DNA from: Thermoplasmata archaeon
GTDB taxonomy: Archaea > Thermoplasmatota > E2 > JACPAO01 > JAHFTW01
Length of the DNA: 57,133 nucleotides
Reading direction: 5' to 3'
NCBI GenBank assembly: GCA_034667725.1
Contig: JAXDQS010000007.1
Span: forward strand, 1 to 57,133
Shown here one piece after another: positions 1-9,080 of this stretch (the stretch's first letter is position 1; every line of letters starts with the position of its first letter). The notes under the pieces were generated by a model that saw nothing but the letters and a program-made list of their open reading frames with translations, made no database searches and had not been told where the DNA came from. A program made the position numbers and the translations under genes.

Positions 1-149
1 CGCAGAAGTCGTCTGGCGTTTGGCTGCCTGGAGCCGAACGCCGGCGGCGCGGCCGGCCCTTGCCGTGCCTCCAGCACGCCTGCGGGCCGGCCACTTGCCG
101 GCGCCACGCTCCAGATTGCCAAACGGACAGACGACTTCTGCTTCAGACT

Positions 150-1703
150 CTAAATCAGCGGAAGGACAAGCCGCGATCCGCCCGTGAAGGTCACGGTGTA
201 GTCCGCCGGCAGCGGCAGGAACCACGACAGGTCGTTGCTGGCCACCCGCAGCACCAGTTGCTCGCCCGGCTCCAGCACGGCATGGGTCCACGGGAACCGC
301 AGCGTCACCGACGTGGCGTTGCCCGCCAGGTCCGCCGCCGCCGCGTGGCCAAGCACGCGGGCGTTGCCGGCGGCGTCCACGTGGTCCAGCGTCGCGACCA
401 CTTGGAACGCCGGGCCGCGCCCGACCTCCAGCACCACCTCGGCCGAGCCCACGAGGGTGGCGGCGTGGTCGAGGCGCCAGGCGAACGCGGTGGCCGTCGG
501 GTCCTCCCGGAGCTGGTTCGGAACGGCGTTGTTGGGCTGCCCGGCCTGGTCCCAGAGCGCGCTCGGGTCTTGCAGCGGGCTGCCGACGAAGCTCTGGCGC
601 ACCTCGAAGGTCGCGTCCGACGGTCCCTCGCCGAGGTCGGGGGCGCGCAGGTAGCGCAGGGTGGGCGCCGGCTCGGGGTACGATGTGTAGCCGCGCACCG
701 TCGCGCCGTCGGCGTCGATGGTCTCCAGCGCGGGCCAGGAGTCGACGCGGGTGTCGAGGCCTTGGAGGAAGAAGCGGAACCAGTCCATGGTGCGCTCCCA
801 GCAGCCCGCGTCGGCCTCGCCGTGGCCGCCGGTGTAGCCGTAGGCGCGCACGAAGCCGGCGGCGCGCTGGGCGTCGCCCATCTGCGGGAACAGCGTCTCC
901 TGCAACCCTTGGCAGACGAACAGCGGCTTGGCCGTCGCGTCGAGCCCGAGGTGCGCGACGCTGCGCTCCCGCATCTGGCGCAGGATGGTGGGCATGTCGG
1001 TGCGCAGGTGCGCGTCGACGTACCAGCGGTCCACGATCGGGTCGTAGGTGCCGCCGTTGGCGCGGCCGTAGCCGTAGAGGAACTCGCCCCAGGCCAGCTT
1101 GGGCACGCCGCCCGGCGCCAACCCCTCCGCGAGGTCGAACCAGCCGTAGTGCGACACCGCGGTCGTGACGTCCGGGTTCTCGGCCCATGCCAACAGCGCC
1201 TGGCCGCCGCCGTAGGAGCCGCCGACCAGGCCGATGCGGCCGACGTCGTAGCGGTCTTGCAGGGTGTCCAGCAGGAAGGCGAGGTCGTCGCGCTCCGCGA
1301 CGCCCGCCACCGTGCTGGCGCCGGTGGAGTCGCCGAAGCCGCGCGCGTCGTAGGCGACGGCGAGGAAGCCGGCCCGCGCCGCCTCGTCCAGCCGGGACGC
1401 GAACGAGGCCTTGCTGCCGCCCCAGCCGTGCAGGAACACGATGGTGGGCAGCGGCACCACGGGGTCGGTGGTCGGCACGTGCGCCACCATCGCAAGCATG
1501 GTGCGGCCGTCGAACGAGGTGAGGTTGTCCTCCTGGACCCGGACGCCGGTCACGCGCACGAAGGCGGGGTCGAAGCCGACGTCGGCGGGGGCCACCGCGC
1601 GGCCGGGCGCGTCGTCCGCGCAGCCGGCAAGGCCTGCCACGGTCACCAGGAAAGCCACGACGACGGCGCCACGCACGCTGGGCGACCCGCCGAGGGCCCG
1701 CAT
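150..1703 (-). CDS. CocE/NonD (peptidase S15-like) alpha/beta hydrolase, predicted lipoprotein
   Basis: HGWGG oxyanion motif, YDARGFGDS, nucleophile elbow GGSYGG, C-terminal PepX_C-like region (LEPGEQLVLRVAS). Hydrophobic leader ends in lipobox LAGC. Start is ATG 1703 or GTG 1676. Confidence 0.8.
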   Translation of the reverse strand: MRALGGSPSVRGAVVVAFLVTVAGLAGCADDAPGRAVAPADVGFDPAFVRVTGVRVQEDNLTSFDGRTMLAMVAHVPTTDPVVPLPTIVFLHGWGGSKASFASRLDEAARAGFLAVAYDARGFGDSTGASTVAGVAERDDLAFLLDTLQDRYDVGRIGLVGGSYGGGQALLAWAENPDVTTAVSHYGWFDLAEGLAPGGVPKLAWGEFLYGYGRANGGTYDPIVDRWYVDAHLRTDMPTILRQMRERSVAHLGLDATAKPLFVCQGLQETLFPQMGDAQRAAGFVRAYGYTGGHGEADAGCWERTMDWFRFFLQGLDTRVDSWPALETIDADGATVRGYTSYPEPAPTLRYLRAPDLGEGPSDATFEVRQSFVGSPLQDPSALWDQAGQPNNAVPNQLREDPTATAFAWRLDHAATLVGSAEVVLEVGRGPAFQVVATLDHVDAAGNARVLGHAAAADLAGNATSVTLRFPWTHAVLEPGEQLVLRVASNDLSWFLPLPADYTVTFTGGSRLVLPLI

Positions 1704-1766
1704 AAGGCTTCTTGCGTTCCAACCATTGACCAATCGCTCAAAATAGGGCAAGCGCGACGCGGGGGT

Positions 1767-2774
1767 GTGCCCCGAGCCCTTCTGCTAACGTTGCTCGCGC
1801 TGCTGTTGCCTGGCGCCGCGGCCGCCGCCAGCCTCTCCGTCCACCCCGACGGCGGGCTGCGGATGCAAGGCCCGCCCGGCGGCGCCAACCTGGCGGCCGC
1901 GTGCGAGGGCACGCCGGCGGAGCCGACCTGGCGCGTGGGCGCCGACGGCTTCCACGCCGGCGAGGGCGCCGACGCGGTCCTGGTGCACCCGCGCTTGGCG
2001 CGGGCCATCCAGTCCGGGTCGCCCACCGTCGGCTGGAGCATGGCGTGGGACGCCGCGGACCTGGGGTTGTCCGCGCCGGCCAACGCCGCCGTCGAGGCCA
2101 CGCTGCTCGCGGACGCGGGCGCCGGCTTCGAGCCGCTTGCGACCGGCACCTCGTCGCCGCGGCTGCTCCTGAACGGCGAGTCCACGTTCCGGTTCCCGCT
2201 CTCGGCCGACGCCGTCCTGCTGCCGGCCGGCGCCGTGCTGGCGCTGGAGGTCGTGCTGCATGGCACCGAGGCCTGCGCCGACGGCGACGCCGGCGTCGTG
2301 CTGACGGGCGGCAACGTCGACATCCCGGCGGGCTGGGACTTCCGCGTCGAGGTCCAGCCGCAGCAGACGGACGGCCAGACCGTGTTCTGGGCCTCGGTCA
2401 CGAGCGACTGGGGCGGCTACGACGAGGAGGAGCTGATGGCCGAGCTGGAGCTGGAAGGGCCCAGCAAGCTGGAGAGCCGCGCCGTCGAAGGGCCGTTCGG
2501 CCACTTGCAGAACGCCGCCATGCGCGACCGCGGCGAGCGGCTGTTCTCCTGGACTTGGAACCCCGGCAAGCAGGGTGCCGCGCCGGGGACCTACGAAGCT
2601 TTCGTGTCGGCGTACCCCACCCGCGGCATCGCGGAGTTCCCGTTCGGGACCGGCGACGCCAAGGTCGAGGTCCATGCGCCCGCGGCCGCGCCGTCGCCGG
2701 CGGTCCTCGTGCTGGTGCTGGCGCTCGGGCTGGCGGCGATGGGACGGCGGCGGTTCGACGCGCCGGTTCCATGA
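1767..2774 (+). CDS. exported hypothetical protein with C-terminal Pro-rich linker, TM helix and basic tail
   Basis: GTG start, signal peptide (LLLTLLALLLPGAAAA), C-terminus PSPAVLVLVLALGLAAMGRRR. Upstream part of the track ORF is a shadow of the hydrolase gene. Confidence 0.7.
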   Translation: MPRALLLTLLALLLPGAAAAASLSVHPDGGLRMQGPPGGANLAAACEGTPAEPTWRVGADGFHAGEGADAVLVHPRLARAIQSGSPTVGWSMAWDAADLGLSAPANAAVEATLLADAGAGFEPLATGTSSPRLLLNGESTFRFPLSADAVLLPAGAVLALEVVLHGTEACADGDAGVVLTGGNVDIPAGWDFRVEVQPQQTDGQTVFWASVTSDWGGYDEEELMAELELEGPSKLESRAVEGPFGHLQNAAMRDRGERLFSWTWNPGKQGAAPGTYEAFVSAYPTRGIAEFPFGTGDAKVEVHAPAAAPSPAVLVLVLALGLAAMGRRRFDAPVP

Positions 2775-2778
2775 CTTG

Positions 2779-3795
2779 CTACAGCAACGCCAGCAGGTCC
2801 GCGACCGCCTTGCGGACGTCCTTGCCCTGGTACAGGATGCGGTAGATCTCCGAGGTCATCGGGAGGGGCACCTGCTCGCGCTCGGCCAGCTCGTGGACGA
2901 ACTTGGCGGCGAACACGCCCTCCGCGACCTGGCCCTGCATCGACGCCAGCGCCTCCTTCATGCTGAGGCCCTTGCCCAAGAGCTCGCCGACGCGGTGGTT
3001 GCGGCTGCGGCTCGAGGTGGCCGACAGGATGAGGTCGCCGAGCCCCGACAGGCCGGTGAAGGTCTCCTTGCGGGCGCCGTGGGCCACCCCGAAGCGCACC
3101 ATCTCGTCCAGGCCCAAGGTGATGACGGCGGCGCTCGCGTTCTGCCCGAAGCCGATGCCTTGGGTGAGGCCGGCGGCCACCGCCGTGATGTTCTTCATGA
3201 CGCCGCCCAGCTCGACGCCCACCAGGTCGCGGCGCGGGTAGGCCTTGAACACCTGGGTCGTGAACAGGTCGCACAGCAGCTCCAGCGCCGCCGGCGACTT
3301 CGAGGCGATGACGGTGGCGCCTGGCATTCCGCGCGCGATCTCCTCCGCGAAGTTGGGGCCGCTCATCGTCGCCACCGGGGTCGCGGCGCCCAGTTCCTGG
3401 TGCAGCACCTCGCTCATGCGCAGGTAGGTGTCATGCTCGATGCCCTTGGCGACGTTGAGGACGCGGGCGTCCTTCTCCAAGAACGGGGCGGCGGCCTGGG
3501 CGGTCTCGCGCATCGCCTGGCTCGGCACGGCCATGACGACGACCCCCGCGCCGGCCACCGCGTCCTGAAGGCTGGAGGTGATCCAGGTGGTGATGGGCAG
3601 CTTGACGCCCGGGAGGTACTTCTCGTTCTGGCGGGTGTTGGACAGCACCTGCGCGTAGTCCGGGCTGCGGCACCAGAGCCGCACCTCGACGCCCTTGCGG
3701 GACAAGAGCGAGGCCAGGCAGGTCCCGAAACCCCCGGCGCCCACCACGGCGACTGGGACGTCGGACGACAGGCGGGCCAAGGCGGCCTTCGACAA
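2779..3795 (-). CDS. gpsA: NAD(P)H-dependent glycerol-3-phosphate dehydrogenase
   Basis: GAGGFGT Rossmann motif, AKGIE, SGPNFAEE, GVELGGVMKN, GLSGLGDL...SRN and EG motifs of GpsA. Confidence 0.93.
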   Translation of the reverse strand: MSKAALARLSSDVPVAVVGAGGFGTCLASLLSRKGVEVRLWCRSPDYAQVLSNTRQNEKYLPGVKLPITTWITSSLQDAVAGAGVVVMAVPSQAMRETAQAAAPFLEKDARVLNVAKGIEHDTYLRMSEVLHQELGAATPVATMSGPNFAEEIARGMPGATVIASKSPAALELLCDLFTTQVFKAYPRRDLVGVELGGVMKNITAVAAGLTQGIGFGQNASAAVITLGLDEMVRFGVAHGARKETFTGLSGLGDLILSATSSRSRNHRVGELLGKGLSMKEALASMQGQVAEGVFAAKFVHELAEREQVPLPMTSEIYRILYQGKDVRKAVADLLALL

Positions 3796-3863
3796 GCCCC
3801 GGCCATAAAAAGCAAGGCGTAGGCAGCCGAAGTTTTTTCCCGACCCCGCGGTGCGTTGCCGCG

Positions 3864-5159
3864 ATGCGCCTGCCTGTCCTGCTGGTCCTGACCCTCCTGG
3901 TCTTCGCCGGCTGCGCCGCCAAGACCAACACCTCGTCCTCGACCGACGCCCCCGCGAACGGCTTCGTCGACCCGACCTGCGACCTGCCCTCGACGGTCCC
4001 CGCCGCGCCCGCCAACCCCCGCGTCGTGCTGAACACCACGCTGGGCAACATCACGCTCGAAGTGTTCCGCGAGCAGGTCCCCGTGACCGCCAACAACTTC
4101 CTGCAGCACGTCCGCGACGGCGTGTTCGACGGCACCAAGTTCCACCGCATCATCACCAACTTCATGATGCAGGGCGGCGACCCGAACAGCAAGGACGCCG
4201 ACCCCGCCAACGACGGCCAAGGCGGCGCCGGCAGCCCCATCGAGGACGAGTTCCACTGGAAGCTGCGCCACGACGCCAAGGGCGTGGTCTCGATGGCCAA
4301 CCGCGGCCCGAACACCGGCACCAGCCAGTTCTTCATCACCTTCGCGCCCACCACCCACCTCGACGACAAGCACGCCATCTTCGCCAAGGTCGTCGACGGC
4401 ATGGCCGTGGTGGACCGCGTCCAGGCCGAGGCCGCCAGCCAGTCCGGCACCCCCCGCGTGGCCGTTGTCCTGAACAAGGCCACCATCCTCGACCCGGCGC
4501 CCGCCAGCGGCGGCCCGCTCGGCCTCGCCCTCTGGACCCCCGACCCGAAGAACAACGCGGCCGGCGGCGCCACCCGCTTCCTGCTGGTGGCCAGCAACAA
4601 GGCCGACCGCAGCGTCCCCGTCTGCGTCGACTTCACCGCCCCCGACGGCGTGACGGTGCGCGTCGAGCCCGGCCACGCCTCGTTCGACCTGCCCGCCGGC
4701 CAGCGCCACGCCTTCGTGGTGGAGGCCCGCCTCGGCGACGCCGCCCCCGACGAGGCGCTGATCGTGGCCAAGCTGCGCACCGTCGGCGCCACCGCCACCC
4801 AGGAGCTCACGGCCGTCCGGGTCGCGGCCGGCCCCAAGGCCGGCGACGGCAACTCCGTCGTGGTGGACTACATCGGCCTGAACACCGACGGCCGGCTGTT
4901 CGACACCTCCGTCAAGGACGCCGCCGAGCGCGCCAAGGCCGCCGAGTTCGGAAGCGCCGTCAAGGGCTCCTACGCGCCCATCACGTTCCAGCTTCCCGGC
5001 GGCGCCATCAAGGGCTTCGAGGCCCTGATGCGCGAGACGCCCGAGGGCGGCAGCAGCGCCGTCCGGGTCGCGCCCGCGGACGCCTACGGCGCGTCGGGCA
5101 CCCACCAACTGGCCGGCCGGACCCTGATGTTCCAGCTGGAGATCCGCGACGTCAAGTAG
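3864..5159 (+). CDS. lipoprotein peptidyl-prolyl isomerase: cyclophilin domain, middle beta domain, FKBP domain
   Basis: Lipobox FAGC. Cyclophilin motifs FHRII..FMMQGGD, SMANRGPNT.TSQFFIT, HLDDKHAIF. FKBP motifs VDYIG...DGRLFDTS, IKGFE, PADAYG, LAGRTLMFQLE. Confidence 0.88.
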   Translation: MRLPVLLVLTLLVFAGCAAKTNTSSSTDAPANGFVDPTCDLPSTVPAAPANPRVVLNTTLGNITLEVFREQVPVTANNFLQHVRDGVFDGTKFHRIITNFMMQGGDPNSKDADPANDGQGGAGSPIEDEFHWKLRHDAKGVVSMANRGPNTGTSQFFITFAPTTHLDDKHAIFAKVVDGMAVVDRVQAEAASQSGTPRVAVVLNKATILDPAPASGGPLGLALWTPDPKNNAAGGATRFLLVASNKADRSVPVCVDFTAPDGVTVRVEPGHASFDLPAGQRHAFVVEARLGDAAPDEALIVAKLRTVGATATQELTAVRVAAGPKAGDGNSVVVDYIGLNTDGRLFDTSVKDAAERAKAAEFGSAVKGSYAPITFQLPGGAIKGFEALMRETPEGGSSAVRVAPADAYGASGTHQLAGRTLMFQLEIRDVK

Positions 5160-5330
5160 GCACGAGCGGGGTTGTCGACCGCCCCGGCGTCCGGCATCCC
5201 TCGACGCAGGTCCCCACCGCGGTAGGGCGCCGTCAGCCGGCTGCGAGCAGGGGCTGGTCGGCGCCGCGAGCGCCAAGCCGCGCTTGAGCTTGCGCTAGGG
5301 AAGAGGCAAAAGCCAGGCCGCGCGACCCCG

Positions 5331-5492
5331 TCAGTGGGTCTTGGCCCAGTTGTAGCTGCGCAGCTTGGCGGTGGCGCCGAAGCCGCACTGGGAGCAGCGC
5401 TTCTTCTGCATGTGGTACGCATGGCGGCCGCAGCGGCGGCAAATCATGTGCGTGCGCTTGCCACCCTTCATCGACGGGGTTCCGGTTCCCAT
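5331..5492 (-). CDS. rpl37e: 50S ribosomal protein L37e (absent from ORF track)
   Basis: Manual translation [53 protein letters not shown]; CxxC...CxxC zinc ribbon and RSYNW. Confidence 0.96.
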   Translation of the reverse strand: MGTGTPSMKGGKRTHMICRRCGRHAYHMQKKRCSQCGFGATAKLRSYNWAKTH

Positions 5493-5604
5493 GGAGACTC
5501 ACCGGCGGATGCCCGCCGAATGGAGCGCGCGACAGGGGGGGTGCTCATAATGGTTTGGCACGGGCGGGCGCAAGGCTTTCTCCCGACCGCGCCGATGCCC
5601 GTCC

Positions 5605-6675
5605 ATGCGCGGGGAGGTCGTCCACTTCAGCCTCTATGACGTGGGCGCCGAGCTGCGGCTGGAGAAGGTCCAGCGCATGCTCGGCCGCGCCCCCGCCCCC
5701 GCGCCGCTCACGACCGAGAGCCCGACGCCCGCCTACGTGGGCTTCTCGCAGCCGCTGGAGGTCGCGTGGACGCCGGAGGGCGCGTCCACGCCCGGGATGC
5801 GGGTCGAGGTGCGCCTGCACGCGGTCGGCGTCGTGGCGGTGCGCATCCGCCTGCCCGTGACGGTGGCGGCGATGGAGGAGCTGCCGGGCGCGTCCAAGGC
5901 GGCGCGCATCCAGGGGCGCACCTTGGAGGAGGCGTCGGCGGGCTGGTTCCGCGCGTTGGAGGCAGAGCTGAAGCACGCCTTCGTCGAGCCGTACCAAGGG
6001 TTGCCCCAAATGGAGACCTACCGCGCGTTCTGCCTGGTGGAGGCGCCGTCGGCGGAGGATTTGCTGGCGCACGGCCGCGAGGACTTGGCGTCGCTGGTGG
6101 CCGGGGAGCCGCGCGGCGTGCTGGTGCCGGACACGGTGGCGGGCGCCCTCAAGCACACCATCCACTACTACCGCGGCCACTGCGCCATCCTCGGCTGGGA
6201 CAACGCCTTGGTGGTGTCGCCGACCAAGGACTACGAGGACCTGCTGGACGTCTTCGAGGTGGCCAACCTGGAGCTGTTGGAGTTCCGCACCTACGATGCC
6301 TACCTCGACCGGCGCCTGGAGCAGAGCTTCGCCGCCCTCGACCGGCTCTGGGCCCGCGGCGGCATCTTCCGCAGCGCCCGCGCCCCGCTCAAGGAGCTGT
6401 CCGAGCTGCGCGTGGACCTTGCCCGCCTGACGGACAACCTGCACGACACCGGCAAGGTGTTCGGCGACTGGTACCTGGCCAAGGTGCACCAGCGGCTGCA
6501 GGAGCGGTTCCACATCGGCTCGTGGGAAAAGGCGGTCGAGAACAAGATGGCGACCATGGAGGACATGTACCAGCTCGCGGAGGAGGAGGCGAACCACCGC
6601 CGCAGCCTCATCCTGGAGGTCATGATCGTCCTGCTGTTCATCCTCGACGTGGCCCTCCTGTTCATCCTGAAATAG
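5605..6675 (+). CDS. Rmd1/YagE (DUF155)-like protein with C-terminal TM helix
   Basis: Helical C-terminal region ending LEVMIVLLFIL; GDWYLAKV...FHIGSW pattern; host-like codon usage. Confidence 0.55.
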   Translation: MRGEVVHFSLYDVGAELRLEKVQRMLGRAPAPAPLTTESPTPAYVGFSQPLEVAWTPEGASTPGMRVEVRLHAVGVVAVRIRLPVTVAAMEELPGASKAARIQGRTLEEASAGWFRALEAELKHAFVEPYQGLPQMETYRAFCLVEAPSAEDLLAHGREDLASLVAGEPRGVLVPDTVAGALKHTIHYYRGHCAILGWDNALVVSPTKDYEDLLDVFEVANLELLEFRTYDAYLDRRLEQSFAALDRLWARGGIFRSARAPLKELSELRVDLARLTDNLHDTGKVFGDWYLAKVHQRLQERFHIGSWEKAVENKMATMEDMYQLAEEEANHRRSLILEVMIVLLFILDVALLFILK

Positions 6676-6696
6676 CGCCGGTTCCTCGAAGGCCCC

Positions 6697-7473
6697 GTGG
6701 ACGCGCTGGCCCTCAAGCTGGTGGCGACCCCGCTCCTGATGGCGGCGGTCACGCTAGCAGGGCGAAGATACGGCCCCGGCGTCAGCGGCTGGCTCGCGGG
6801 CCTGCCGCTCACCTCCGGCCCCGTCTCGCTGTTCCTCGCGCTGGAGCAGGGCCCCGCCTTCGCCCGCGACGCGGCGCCCGGGATGCTGGCGGGCTTCCTC
6901 GCGTTCCTCGCCTTCCTTGCAGGCGCCGCCTGGGCCGCCCGCCGCGCCGGCTGGGCCGGCACCGTCGCCGCCGGCCTCGTGGCCTACGCCGTCGTCGAGG
7001 CGCCGCTGCTGTGGCTCAAGCCCACGCTCTGGCCGGCGTTCGCCGCCGCCGTCCTGGCCACCGCCGTCCTCGTGCTGGCCTTGCGCCGCGCGCCCCCGGC
7101 CGTGCCCGTGCCGGCGCCGCGCTGGGACGTCCCCGTGCGGGCCGCCACCGCCACGGCCGTGGTGCTGCTGGTGACCGGCCTGGCGGCGTCGCTCGGCCCC
7201 CGCATGGCCGGCCTGCTGTCGCCGGTGCCCGCCTTCGCCGCCGTCCTGGTGGGCTTCACGCACCACCAAGGCGGCGGCGAAGCGGCCCGGGCGACGGTGC
7301 GCGGCATCGCGGCGGGCGCCTTGTCGTTCACCGTGTTCTTCCTGGTGGTCGGCCTCGGCCTGCCGGACCTCGGGCTGGCGCTGACCTACGCGGCCGCCGC
7401 GACGGGCGCGGTCCTGGCCAACGTCGGCACGCTGCGGCTGGTCCGTCCCGCGGCCGTGCCGGCTAGGTCATAG
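6697..7473 (+). CDS. multi-pass membrane protein with internal two-fold repeat
   Basis: About 8 hydrophobic segments; GPGVSGWLAGLP / GPRMAGLLSPVP repeated halves. Confidence 0.7.
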   Translation: MDALALKLVATPLLMAAVTLAGRRYGPGVSGWLAGLPLTSGPVSLFLALEQGPAFARDAAPGMLAGFLAFLAFLAGAAWAARRAGWAGTVAAGLVAYAVVEAPLLWLKPTLWPAFAAAVLATAVLVLALRRAPPAVPVPAPRWDVPVRAATATAVVLLVTGLAASLGPRMAGLLSPVPAFAAVLVGFTHHQGGGEAARATVRGIAAGALSFTVFFLVVGLGLPDLGLALTYAAAATGAVLANVGTLRLVRPAAVPARS

Positions 7474-7495
7474 CGCCCCTCGCCTTGCGCCGCGC

Positions 7496-8005
7496 GTGTC
7501 CGAGGAGCCCCGCGTCCGCCGCCGCGCCAGGCTGCGCAACAAGGAGGCCGCCGAGCTGCGGGCGGCCCTGTCGCAGCTCTTGGGCGGCGCGGCGCTGTGG
7601 CCGGAGACGGCGGCGCTCGAGTCGGGCGAGTTCCTGGACCGCGCCGTGCTCCTGGTCGACAACAAAATCCACGGCCTGTGGGACGGGCCGGCGCCCGAGG
7701 GCGCCCCGTTCCTGTCGATGCGGGGGCTCCTGGCCTACCGGCCGCAGGCCCGCTTCGTCACGGTGGACATGGGCGCCGTGAAGTTCGTGGCCAACGGCGC
7801 CGACGTGATGGCGCCCGGCATCGTCGAGGCCGATCCTGCCCTCCAGCCCGGCGACTGGTGCTTCGTCCGCGACGAGCGCAACAAGCAGCCGCTAGGGGTT
7901 GGCAAGGCGCTCGTGCCCGGCGTGGCGATGGTGCGCGGCAAGGGCAAGGCGGTCAAGTCGGTGCACCACATCGGCGACAAGCTGTGGCTGCTGGAAGCGG
8001 CTTGA
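7496..8005 (+). CDS. PUA-domain RNA-binding protein (Tma20/MCT-1-like)
   Basis: VTVDMGAVKFVANGADVMAPGI and GKAVKSVHHIGDKLW motifs. Confidence 0.9.
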   Translation: MSEEPRVRRRARLRNKEAAELRAALSQLLGGAALWPETAALESGEFLDRAVLLVDNKIHGLWDGPAPEGAPFLSMRGLLAYRPQARFVTVDMGAVKFVANGADVMAPGIVEADPALQPGDWCFVRDERNKQPLGVGKALVPGVAMVRGKGKAVKSVHHIGDKLWLLEAA

Positions 8006-8074
8006 GGCCAGCGGCCGTCCGAGTTCACCGCCGTCCTGGGACGTTTCATCGGGCAAGGGGCGCTGCTGCCTGCC

Positions 8075-8284
8075 ATGGACTGGCCGGAAGCGGCGGTGCT
8101 GGTGGGCGTGCTGGTGGCTGCGGCCGGCGGCGCGTTCACCGTGCTCCACGGGCGCGTCGAGAGGCTGGACGAACGGATGCGCCGGGCGGAGAAGGACCTG
8201 GCCGTGCTGGAGCCCGTCCTGGGCCTGGTTTCGGTGGAGGCTTCCCAGGGATTAAGTGGGCTGGCGCGCAGTCGGAGGCGATGA
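8075..8284 (+). CDS. small protein, N-terminal TM helix plus coiled coil
   Basis: 69 aa; hydrophobic N-terminus; ATGA overlap with next ORF. Confidence 0.5.
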   Translation: MDWPEAAVLVGVLVAAAGGAFTVLHGRVERLDERMRRAEKDLAVLEPVLGLVSVEASQGLSGLARSRRR

Positions 8285-8496
8285 CCGTGGCGTTGGCGGA
8301 CCAGCGGCGCATGGCGGAGCTTCTCCTGAAGGCCGAACGGGGCCGGCTCACCCCCAAGCAGGAGCGCGACCTGCGGACCCTCGTCGTCCGGCACAACCCG
8401 CGCGCCGCCGACCTGCCGCACGACTGGCTGGTCAAGGCGGGCCTCGTCGTGATCGGCGTGGAGCTGCTGCGCAAGGCCCTCCATTCCACGCGCTGA
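8281..8496 (+). CDS. small hypothetical protein (71 aa)
   Basis: MTVALADQRRMAELL...; GGAGG upstream, ATGA coupling to previous ORF. Confidence 0.55.
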   Translation: MTVALADQRRMAELLLKAERGRLTPKQERDLRTLVVRHNPRAADLPHDWLVKAGLVVIGVELLRKALHSTR

Positions 8497-8596
8497 GGCG
8501 CCCGTGGACTCCACAGGAAGCCAAGGCGTCGGCCGCAAAAGATTCCACCAGGGTTATACGGCGACGTTTCCTGTGCGAACCCCAGAAGGGATGCGC

Positions 8597-8974
8597 ATGG
8601 GCCTCAAGTCGCTCTTCAGCCAGAAGCAGGCCGCCAAGCCGCGGACGGACGGCAAGGACTACATCGACCTCGAGGAAGCCTCGGGCGCCGAGCTGTTCGA
8701 CGGAACGGCCAGCATGATGGTCCGCGTGGCGGAAATCCAGAAGTACGACGACCTGCGCGAGTACGCGAACTACGTCTACCAGGGCAACCTCCTGCTCCTG
8801 GACTTCAGCCCGATCGCGGGCGACGAGATCGTGCTGCGCCGCGTCACGGGCGACCTCAAGAAGCTCGTGGCCGACATCAACGGCGACATCGCGGGCCTGG
8901 GCAAGACGATGCTCATCATCGCGCCCACGGGCGTCCGCATCGACCGGCACAAGCAGAGGGGCGGCGGCCGTTAG
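8597..8974 (+). CDS. sepF: cell division protein SepF (archaeal type)
   Basis: Amphipathic N-terminus MGLKSLF, YIDL motif, VYQGNLLLLD, GDIAG...IIAPTGVRIDR. Confidence 0.88.
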   Translation: MGLKSLFSQKQAAKPRTDGKDYIDLEEASGAELFDGTASMMVRVAEIQKYDDLREYANYVYQGNLLLLDFSPIAGDEIVLRRVTGDLKKLVADINGDIAGLGKTMLIIAPTGVRIDRHKQRGGGR

Positions 8975-8989
8975 GCCGACGCACCTCCG

Positions 8990-9072
8990 GCCGCGGCCCG
9001 CTTGCGGGCCGTGGCTTGCGCGGCGCCGCTAGACAGCCGAACCCTCTGCCACTCCTTCCCCCCTTTCTTTTT
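8990..9072 (+). terminator. GC hairpin and T-tract between convergent sepF and GT87 genes
   Basis: gccgcggcccgc-tt-gcgggccgtggc (8990-9015) and T-rich tract at about 9064-9072. Confidence 0.4.
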
Positions 9073-9080
9073 GGTTTCCT

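Noticed and set aside
60-1766. N-terminal 569 aa of the 904-aa plus-strand ORF, and the many long Arg/Pro/Gly-rich ORFs in the track
   Set aside because: Shadow frames of real genes, caused by scarcity of stops in high-GC DNA; no motifs.
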